Origin: Sediminibacterium sp.
Lineage (GTDB): Bacteria > Bacteroidota > Bacteroidia > Chitinophagales > Chitinophagaceae
Direction of reading: 5' to 3'
Assembly: GCF_030695065.1 (NCBI RefSeq)
Contig: NZ_JAUYTR010000019.1
Coordinates: 11,478 to 75,477 of the forward strand
Length of the DNA: 64,000 bases
The notes below the pieces were generated by a model. It worked only from the letters and a program-made list of their open reading frames with translations. It did not search any database and had not been told where the DNA came from. Below are positions 57,366 to 64,000 of the stretch, one piece after another. The translations under genes were made by a program, and so were the position numbers. Numbering within the stretch: the first letter of the stretch is position 1; the number at the start of each line of letters is the position of its first letter.

Positions 57366-58076
57366 ATGAAGCAAAAAGAAATACATCCTGCCTTACAGCC
57401 TTATTTAGAAGGAAAAACAATACTAATAGATAAACCACTTGATTGGACTTCTTTTGATGTGGTAAGAAAAATTAGGAATATCACTCGAATTGTAAAAGTG
57501 GGTCATGCTGGAACACTTGATCCATTGGCTTCTGGTTTGCTAATTGTGTGTACAGGTAAATTTACTAAGAAGATTAATGAATACATGGGAATGGAAAAAG
57601 AGTACACGGGTACTTTTACATTGGGTGCAATCACCCCCACTTACGATTTAGAATCTGAGCCAACTCAGTTTTGTTCAATTGATCATTTAACAACTGAACA
57701 AATAGTAGGAGCAACTGATTTATTCAAAGGATTGATTATGCAAGTTCCGCCTATTCATTCTGCCATTAAACAAGCTGGTAAGCCTGTTTATTTAGCTGCT
57801 AGAAAAGGAATTGATGTTGTAATAGAGCCAAGACCTGTTACCATTCATGCATTTGACATTGAAAAAATTGAATTGCCTATTGTTCACTTTAGGGTGGTTT
57901 GTTCAACAGGCACTTATATCAGAAGTCTTGCGAATGATTTCGGAAAAGCTTTAGGTGTGGGTGGTTATATGAGTAGCTTAAGAAGAACCCGAATTGGCCA
58001 TTTTAATGTTGATCAAGCGCTTTCTATGGATGCATTTGAAAATGAAATTGATCAGCTAAAATCATTAGAAGGGTAA
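57366..58076 (+). CDS. truB: tRNA pseudouridine(55) synthase
   Basis: DKPLDWTSFDVV, KVGHAGTLDPLASG, PPIHSAIK, CSTGTYIRSL. Confidence 0.96.
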   Translation: MKQKEIHPALQPYLEGKTILIDKPLDWTSFDVVRKIRNITRIVKVGHAGTLDPLASGLLIVCTGKFTKKINEYMGMEKEYTGTFTLGAITPTYDLESEPTQFCSIDHLTTEQIVGATDLFKGLIMQVPPIHSAIKQAGKPVYLAARKGIDVVIEPRPVTIHAFDIEKIELPIVHFRVVCSTGTYIRSLANDFGKALGVGGYMSSLRRTRIGHFNVDQALSMDAFENEIDQLKSLEG

Positions 58077-60452
58077 TCCTATGCCCAGTTGCAATGCAAA
58101 GTTGGGTACTTTAATTCCATTAGGTCTAGTATCGTTCCAAGTGAAATCTTTAATACTCATCCATCCATTATTCGCAGCCCTTAATGGGTCTTTTAACTTA
58201 TAAGCAAAATCGAGTCTAATTAAAAAATAGGACATGTCAAATCTTAGTCCAGTTCCAATACCAATGGCCATATCTCTTGTAAAACTATTTAAAGAAAAGC
58301 GAGTATCCGAGTCGGTGGAAGCTGCTCTTTTTATATTCCATACGTTGCCAATATCGGCATACAAAGCAGAACCTATTTTGAAACTTCCAATTGTTGCTAA
58401 TTGAAAACGATATTCCATATTGAACTCTAATTGCATATCTCCAAAACGATCACGAAATGCATTGGATGCCGTGTCTGATTCACTTTGATTAGAACTACCT
58501 AGGCCTAATTGTCTCAATCTCCATGCACGCATACTATTGGGTCCGCCTGCAGAAAATTGTTTATAGAAAGGTAGGGTAGGGCCAATGATGGTATCGCCCC
58601 CATAATTGTAACCTATTCCTGCAAATGCTCTATAAGCTAATTCCGATTTTGCAAACTTCACAGATTGTTTATACTCTGTTTCTACTTTGATGTATCTGTA
58701 AATATTTCCTTGTAAACCCGGAATAAAACCAAAAAGTCCACCCGCTTCTTCTACTGCTAAACGATAAAATTTGTTTTTATTGGGATTCTTAATTCCATTG
58801 GTAGTTCTTACAAATGAAAGGCTTTGGCTAACAATACTTCCTTCGTTAAAAGATGCTTTCAGAAAAGGGTTCTTGATAATTAATTGATCTAGGGAATCTA
58901 GCTTGTCTATAGAATACAACTCTATGTTAATGGGCTTATATAAAAATGAGTTGTTGCCTTTTTTCCATTCGTATCCAAAACTGGTGGTTAAATTTCTAAC
59001 TCTATAAAAATTTCTTCGGTCTACATATCCTCCGTTTACCGACCATAGTGTTCTTCTGTTATCAATTTGGTCTAATCCTTTCCATCTTTTGAATGGTTGA
59101 ATTATGCCTGGAAATATATAAGTATGCCCAACGTTTATTAAAAATGTTTGAAGTAATTGATCGGGTTGATTGCTGCTACTTAATATATTTAATTCCACAC
59201 CCGTTCTAAAAGTAGCAATAGATTGAATGGCATTTTTCCAAACATTTCTATTGTTGTAAGATAAATTGGTGGTAATACCCAATAAGTTGGTAACCCCAAT
59301 ATCTGCTATATTTCTGCTGGCTTCTAGGTCAACGGTAAAGCTTTGTTTAACTGCAGGAGTCATGAAAAAATACATATCCAATGTATCCCTATTTCTAATT
59401 TCTGGCCTGATATCAATATTTTGCCAAGCCGATAATTGTCCTAAAGCATTAGCGGTTTTAAAATATTTTTCTTCATTGTAAATGTCTCCTCTTTTAAAAT
59501 AAGTGTCTTCTTTTAATGGCCTAAAATTGAATAGCCCTTTTTTATACCGCATAAAAGTTGATTCACTTTTCTTCTCAAAAAAGGTTTTATCGGTCATTAA
59601 ACTATCGGGTACATCGGTGATTTTTGTTTCAGGATAATAATACAAATTGCCAATATGGTATTTAAATAACCTAGAACTGTCTTCTACCTCTCTTTGCCTT
59701 ATAGCAATATCCCAATTGGGATTTTCTTTTTTGGCTTTTGCAACTTCCGATAATAATTTGGCTTGTTCAAAAGGGTCAATTGTTAAAGCAAATAGCTTGG
59801 TATTGTTAGAGTCTACATAAGCATACACGTCTTCTCTGGTAATTTTAAAATAACCGTTTTTTCTATAAAGGCCTACCATTCTATCTAACTCGTTGCTGAT
59901 GACTTGCTTTGAATAAGGTTTACTCTTTTTTAAATAGCTTTTACCAGATTCAGCAACCGCCAATTGCTGAAGGGTTGAATCGTTCATTTCATAGGAAACT
60001 TCATCAATAGTAATATTCTTTCCTGCGTCTATATCCATAAAAATACTGGTCCTTATTTGGTCTTTCACTGTGTCGATGGTAAACCGATTGGTTAATATGG
60101 AATAATAATAACCTTGTGCGTTTAAATAAGAATTCATGAAGAGGGCAGACCTAGTAATATTAGTGCTATCGAAAACTGCTGGGTTCTTAATTTTATAAAA
60201 AAGGCCAAATTGTTGTTGTTTAGGAACTTTCAAACTATCGTCCCAATAATTTTGCAAATCTGATAATAACCGTTTTTTCTCATCTTTGGTAAAATTACCA
60301 TGAAGGCTAATTTGGTTGTTGTAAACAAATGGAGTGTTTTTGGGATAGTTTCTTACCCAGGTTCTCTTTTGTTCAGAGCAAGCAGACAGCATAATTAAGG
60401 CTGTAAACATGCTGAAAAAACCAATAAAACTCCTTTTTACCGTAAAATGCAT
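58065..60452 (-). CDS. tamL: Omp85/TamA-type lipoprotein (TamL-like) with POTRA region and C-terminal barrel
   Basis: Lipobox MLSA-C; GGPNSMRAWRLRQLG, GDMQLEFNMEYRF, DIGNVW, GLRFD, C-terminal LGIGLPF. Confidence 0.75.
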   Translation of the reverse strand: MHFTVKRSFIGFFSMFTALIMLSACSEQKRTWVRNYPKNTPFVYNNQISLHGNFTKDEKKRLLSDLQNYWDDSLKVPKQQQFGLFYKIKNPAVFDSTNITRSALFMNSYLNAQGYYYSILTNRFTIDTVKDQIRTSIFMDIDAGKNITIDEVSYEMNDSTLQQLAVAESGKSYLKKSKPYSKQVISNELDRMVGLYRKNGYFKITREDVYAYVDSNNTKLFALTIDPFEQAKLLSEVAKAKKENPNWDIAIRQREVEDSSRLFKYHIGNLYYYPETKITDVPDSLMTDKTFFEKKSESTFMRYKKGLFNFRPLKEDTYFKRGDIYNEEKYFKTANALGQLSAWQNIDIRPEIRNRDTLDMYFFMTPAVKQSFTVDLEASRNIADIGVTNLLGITTNLSYNNRNVWKNAIQSIATFRTGVELNILSSSNQPDQLLQTFLINVGHTYIFPGIIQPFKRWKGLDQIDNRRTLWSVNGGYVDRRNFYRVRNLTTSFGYEWKKGNNSFLYKPINIELYSIDKLDSLDQLIIKNPFLKASFNEGSIVSQSLSFVRTTNGIKNPNKNKFYRLAVEEAGGLFGFIPGLQGNIYRYIKVETEYKQSVKFAKSELAYRAFAGIGYNYGGDTIIGPTLPFYKQFSAGGPNSMRAWRLRQLGLGSSNQSESDTASNAFRDRFGDMQLEFNMEYRFQLATIGSFKIGSALYADIGNVWNIKRAASTDSDTRFSLNSFTRDMAIGIGTGLRFDMSYFLIRLDFAYKLKDPLRAANNGWMSIKDFTWNDTRPNGIKVPNFALQLGIGLPF

Positions 60453-60457
60453 ACACA

Positions 60458-61183
60458 ATGTTAAGCAAGATTGAGGCCAAATATATTCAAAGTTTATACC
60501 ACAAAAAACAAAGGGATGCGTTAAGCCTGTTTATTGTAGAGGGAGTAAAGGGGGTAGATGAACTCTTAAACAGTTCCTTTGTGATACAAAAAATTCTTGC
60601 AGTGAATGATTGGGGGCATCCATTAATGGACAAAGCGCCACTAATAAGGGTTTCAGAAGAAGAACTACAAAAAATAAGTGGGTTACAAACAGCCAATAAA
60701 GTGTTGGCTGTAGTAGAACAGCAAAATTTCACTGCCCAAAAGCCTCAAAAGGGTTCCATTACATTGGCACTTGATGGTATTCAAGACCCTGGAAATATGG
60801 GAACCCTTATAAGAATTGCTGACTGGTTTGGTATAAATACCATTTTGGCTTCTGAAGATTCAGTGGAAATGTATAATCCTAAAGTAATTCAAAGTACTAT
60901 GGGTAGTTTTATTAGAGTAAAAGTGGGGTATGGCAATTTAACCCACCTTTTATCGGACCTAGCTATTCCTGTTTTTGGGGCCTTATTAGAAGGGGCATCG
61001 GTATATAATCAATCTTCTATTGAGGAAGGGGTTTTACTTATAGGGAATGAGTCTAAAGGCATTCATACAGAATTGCTGCCCTATATTTCTGCACCTATTC
61101 ATATACCCAGAATTGGCGGAGCAGAATCGCTGAATGCTGCAGTTGCTGCTGGTATTCTACTTTCTCATCTGATTAAAAAGTAA
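60458..61183 (+). CDS. SpoU/TrmH-family RNA methyltransferase
   Basis: LDGIQDPGNMGTLIRIADWFG, IGNESKGI, AESLNAAVA. Confidence 0.93.
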   Translation: MLSKIEAKYIQSLYHKKQRDALSLFIVEGVKGVDELLNSSFVIQKILAVNDWGHPLMDKAPLIRVSEEELQKISGLQTANKVLAVVEQQNFTAQKPQKGSITLALDGIQDPGNMGTLIRIADWFGINTILASEDSVEMYNPKVIQSTMGSFIRVKVGYGNLTHLLSDLAIPVFGALLEGASVYNQSSIEEGVLLIGNESKGIHTELLPYISAPIHIPRIGGAESLNAAVAAGILLSHLIKK

Positions 61184-61188
61184 TGCAG

Positions 61189-62421
61189 TTATCTGAATTG
61201 AATTGCTTTGATGGGGTTAACTTTCTTAACTAATAAGGCAGGTATTAACATGACCACAAACGACACCACAAATGTTGTTACACAAACAGTAATAATTTGC
61301 CACCAAATTATTTGAACTGGTGCAGTTTTAACATAATAAGAACTTTCGTCTAAGCTAATGAATCCGGTATATTGTTGTATTAGCACTAAGCCCATTCCAA
61401 TGATAAATCCCCCAATAATTCCTCTTAATGCAATCACCGCTGCATAATAAAGAAAAATTTGAATGATGCTCCTGTCTTTTGCTCCCAATGCTTTAAAAAC
61501 ACCAATCATTCTTGTTCTTTCTAATATTAAAATGAGCAAACAGGAAATCATATTAATAATGGCTACTACTGCCATAATAATGAAAATCACATTTCGGTTC
61601 ATGTTTTGAATTTCTAACCAATCAAAAATATTGGGGTAAATGGATGCCACTGTTCTGCTCATCCATTCGGTGGGAAGGTTACTCATCAGTTGTTGACTTA
61701 CCGTGTCTTTATTGTATGCTGGGTCAATAAAGATTTCATATCCACCAATTTGTTCTTCCGTCCAGTTATTAATTCTTGCAATCAATTTTAAATCGGCTAG
61801 TAAAAAAACTTTATCGTATTCTTCAATACCCGTTTTATAAAAACCTGCAACAGTTAATTTTCTATAACTGGTATTTGTTTCATTGGTTCCAACAAAATAT
61901 ACAGTAACTGTATCATGTAACGCAATATTTAATAAACTGGCAATTTGTTCAGACACCATTATTTCCTTACTGTAACTGCTATCCAAAAACTGAATCCATT
62001 TGCCGCGGGTTATAAATGGTTTGATTCTGCTACTATCGTAGTTGGCTTCAATCCCCTTTAATAATACCCCTTCAATATTTTTATGGAATTCTAAAACAGC
62101 CGACTTGGTTGCAAATGCCTGAATCTTTGATACTTCTTTTTGAGATGCAATCAATTTTTCTACATTCTTGTCCCTGTTAATAGGTACTTCCTCTGCCATC
62201 ATCGATTTATCTGGCTCAAAATGTTGTACCCGTATATGCCCCCAAAAACTATATACTTTATCTGCAACGGTTTGTTGAAATCCATTAACAAAGCAGAGGG
62301 TAATAATCATTGCCGCTATGCCAACAGTTGTTGCCCCAACTGAAAGCCGAATAATAAATCTTGAAAATGACTGCTGTTTGCTGAATGCGAGTCTCTGGGC
62401 TATGAAAAGAGAAAAATTCAA
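61189..62421 (-). CDS. ABC permease, LolC/E (FtsX-like) family
   Basis: FIAQRL N-terminus, VNGFQQTV, large periplasmic loop, LILILERTRMIGVFKALGA; four TM helices; TTG start. Confidence 0.88.
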   Translation of the reverse strand: MNFSLFIAQRLAFSKQQSFSRFIIRLSVGATTVGIAAMIITLCFVNGFQQTVADKVYSFWGHIRVQHFEPDKSMMAEEVPINRDKNVEKLIASQKEVSKIQAFATKSAVLEFHKNIEGVLLKGIEANYDSSRIKPFITRGKWIQFLDSSYSKEIMVSEQIASLLNIALHDTVTVYFVGTNETNTSYRKLTVAGFYKTGIEEYDKVFLLADLKLIARINNWTEEQIGGYEIFIDPAYNKDTVSQQLMSNLPTEWMSRTVASIYPNIFDWLEIQNMNRNVIFIIMAVVAIINMISCLLILILERTRMIGVFKALGAKDRSIIQIFLYYAAVIALRGIIGGFIIGMGLVLIQQYTGFISLDESSYYVKTAPVQIIWWQIITVCVTTFVVSFVVMLIPALLVKKVNPIKAIQFR

Positions 62422-62486
62422 ACGGTACGGTTTTTGACTATATCAAAGCTACTAATAATACAATAGTTTCAGTAAGTTTATCCTTT

Positions 62487-63764
62487 ATGAAATACATCCT
62501 GCTGCTTTGCTGCTTTCTTTGCTCATTTAATGGATTTGGTCAACTAAAACCAGATCATGTTTTTATGCCTTCCATAAGAACAGTTAAACTATTTCCGCAA
62601 AACAATCAATTGGCATTACCCATTATTGGATTGAATTCTACTGATCAACTTGAATTGCATTTTGATGATTTGGGTGCATATCCTAAAAATTACTTTTATA
62701 CTTTTCAATTGTGCAATGCCGATTGGTCCGAAGCACAATGGAGCCCGTTTGATTATATAAGGGGGTTTCAACAAAATAGAATTAGTCAATACCGAATCTC
62801 TTCTATTGCACAAGTTCAATATGTACATTATCAAACTATGTTGCCCGATCGTTCTGCGGTACCAACTAGGAGTGGGAACTATATACTCAAGGTTTTTCAA
62901 GATGCCGATACCTCCAAGCTTTTATTTACCAAGCGTTTTTATGTTGTGGATAATAAAGTTGGTATTGCTGCTCAAATACAGCAACCATATAATTCACAAT
63001 TGATTCAAACACACCAAAAAATTCAGCTGGGTGTAAATACTTTGCCATTGAATTCAATTAATCCACAACAAATTCAAACTGTAATATTACAAAATGGAAG
63101 ATGGGATAATGCAGCACAAAAACTGCAGCCTAGCTTTATTAGGGGTAATATGTTGGAATACAATTCGGAGCAGGATTGTTTGTTTCCAGCTGGTAAAGAG
63201 TACAGATGGATAGATTTGAGGAGTCTACGATTTGAGAGTGATCGAGTAGATAAAATACTTAGGATAAATATTCCCGTACTGGTTTATGTAAAGCCGGACG
63301 CCATTAGGTCTGGACTGCGTTATTTATGGTATAGAGATTTAAATGGCTTTAGCGAAATTGCTACTACTGAATCGGTTAATCCATGGTGGCAATCAGATTA
63401 TGCAGAAGTAGAATTTACATTGGCCCCTGAAAACAGGCAACCATTAATGGGTAAACAAGTGTATTTAATGGGAGAATTAACGGGAAATCAAATAAGTGAT
63501 TCATCTTTAATGGAATTTGATGAACGCAAAGGGGTTTATTTCAAGCGTTTAACCCTTAAGCAGGGGTACTATAGTTATACTTATGTTACAAAAGATAAAA
63601 ATAACGGGTTGCTGCCAGCAGATCCAGCTTTAACGGAAGGCAATTATTGGGAAACCGAGAATAACTATACTATTTTGGTCTATTATAGGCCATTTGGTGG
63701 AAGGCACGATGAATTGGTAGGACTGAGGCAAATTAGTAGTCTACTGCCTAATTCGAGACTTTAA
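62487..63764 (+). CDS. DUF5103 / type IX secretion system plug-like protein
   Basis: Signal peptide; LELHFDDL, FTKRFYVV, EYRWIDLRS, LKQGYYSY, EGNYWETENNY. Confidence 0.75.
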   Translation: MKYILLLCCFLCSFNGFGQLKPDHVFMPSIRTVKLFPQNNQLALPIIGLNSTDQLELHFDDLGAYPKNYFYTFQLCNADWSEAQWSPFDYIRGFQQNRISQYRISSIAQVQYVHYQTMLPDRSAVPTRSGNYILKVFQDADTSKLLFTKRFYVVDNKVGIAAQIQQPYNSQLIQTHQKIQLGVNTLPLNSINPQQIQTVILQNGRWDNAAQKLQPSFIRGNMLEYNSEQDCLFPAGKEYRWIDLRSLRFESDRVDKILRINIPVLVYVKPDAIRSGLRYLWYRDLNGFSEIATTESVNPWWQSDYAEVEFTLAPENRQPLMGKQVYLMGELTGNQISDSSLMEFDERKGVYFKRLTLKQGYYSYTYVTKDKNNGLLPADPALTEGNYWETENNYTILVYYRPFGGRHDELVGLRQISSLLPNSRL

Positions 63765-63797
63765 CAATTAACTTTAGGGAGGGGAGCATATTAACTG

Positions 63798-63805
63798 TAT
63801 CTTTG
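63798..63805 (+). promoter_or_regulatory. -7 promoter element (TATCTTTG) upstream of the cold-shock gene
   Basis: TAnnTTTG match ending 27 nt before the ATG at 63833. Confidence 0.6.
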
Positions 63806-63832
63806 CACCCTTATTAATATACAATTTTTACA

Positions 63833-64000
63833 ATGGACACACAAATTCAAGGAACTGTAAAGTTCTTTAACGAAGAAAAAGGTTTTGGTTTTATTAAGCA
63901 TGATGATTCCAACAAAGAAACTTTTGTACATGCGAACGGTCTTATTGACCAAATTGAAGCTAACGATAAAGTTATCTTTGACGTACAAGAAGGAAGAAAA
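63833..64000 (+). CDS. Cold-shock protein, partial (runs off the window)
   Basis: Translated by hand: MDTQIQGTVKFFNEEKGFGFIKHDDSNKETFVHANGL...; RNP1 (KGFGFI) and RNP2 (FVH) motifs. Confidence 0.93.
   Translation, partial: MDTQIQGTVKFFNEEKGFGFIKHDDSNKETFVHANGLIDQIEANDKVIFDVQEGRK

Noticed and set aside
2519-63003. The many 60-155 aa ORFs in the track nested in or antisense to long genes (e.g. 8804-9271, 39239-39592, 40895-41233, 44836-45213)
   Set aside because: No recognisable motifs, and they overlap well-supported genes; treated as chance ORFs.
4170-63764. Gln right after the predicted signal-peptidase site in about ten exported proteins
   Set aside because: Known Bacteroidota pyroglutamate Q-rule; supports the taxonomy but is not novel.
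63791-63988. Minus-strand 65-aa ORF
   Set aside because: Antisense shadow of the cold-shock protein.
1-64000. CRISPR arrays, tRNA/rRNA, riboswitches, IS elements, prophage genes, programmed frameshifts or in-frame stop recoding
   Set aside because: None seen by eye: intergenic gaps are short and all long ORFs look intact. A covariance-model scan would be needed to exclude small ncRNAs.

Overview
A gene-dense, AT-rich chromosomal segment from a Bacteroidota bacterium. The inference rests on TAnnTTTG -7 promoter motifs, GLPGLI, T9SS-plug and TamL-type genes, a fused ccoN-ccoO and an archaeal-type ProRS; Chitinophagaceae-like is a guess from gene content. Contents in order: (1) alpha/beta hydrolase (partial), fdx-iscX-kdsC-like-ubiA-like-maf, osmC-like, lipA and a phosphodiester glycosidase; (2) a glucose/alpha-glucan locus with a ROK kinase and FucP/GluP permease divergent from glgA-glgC, then a maltose-type MFS and a secreted GH13, with glgB about 14 kb further on; (3) a cbb3 oxidase cluster: Crp/Fnr regulator, a hemerythrin-like ORF, ccoI, ccoS, ccoNO, ccoQ, ccoP, ccoG, fixH, DsbD_2/TauE (ccoS and ccoQ are absent from the ORF track); (4) a GLPGLI + beta-barrel pair, GIN-domain protein, orphan histidine kinase and a coiled-coil membrane protein; (5) housekeeping genes holA, ribF, purM-like, ftsE, two GT4s, smc and prfC; (6) a probable accessory block of DUF389, M61 peptidase and an uncharacterised lipoprotein + small helical protein pair; (7) rimO, a FadL-like barrel with a Gly/Ser-rich lipoprotein, proS, YjgN + M48, truB, a TamL-like Omp85, trmH-family methylase, LolE-like permease, T9SS plug-like protein and a cold-shock protein (partial). 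I saw no rRNA, tRNA, CRISPR array, transposase or prophage. Best candidates for undescribed biology: the pair at 49065-49963, the degenerate hemerythrin-like ORF in the cbb3 cluster, the duplicated signal/TM module of CcoP, and the YjgN-M48 and GLPGLI-barrel pairs. All family assignments come from motif recognition by eye; no database search was run.
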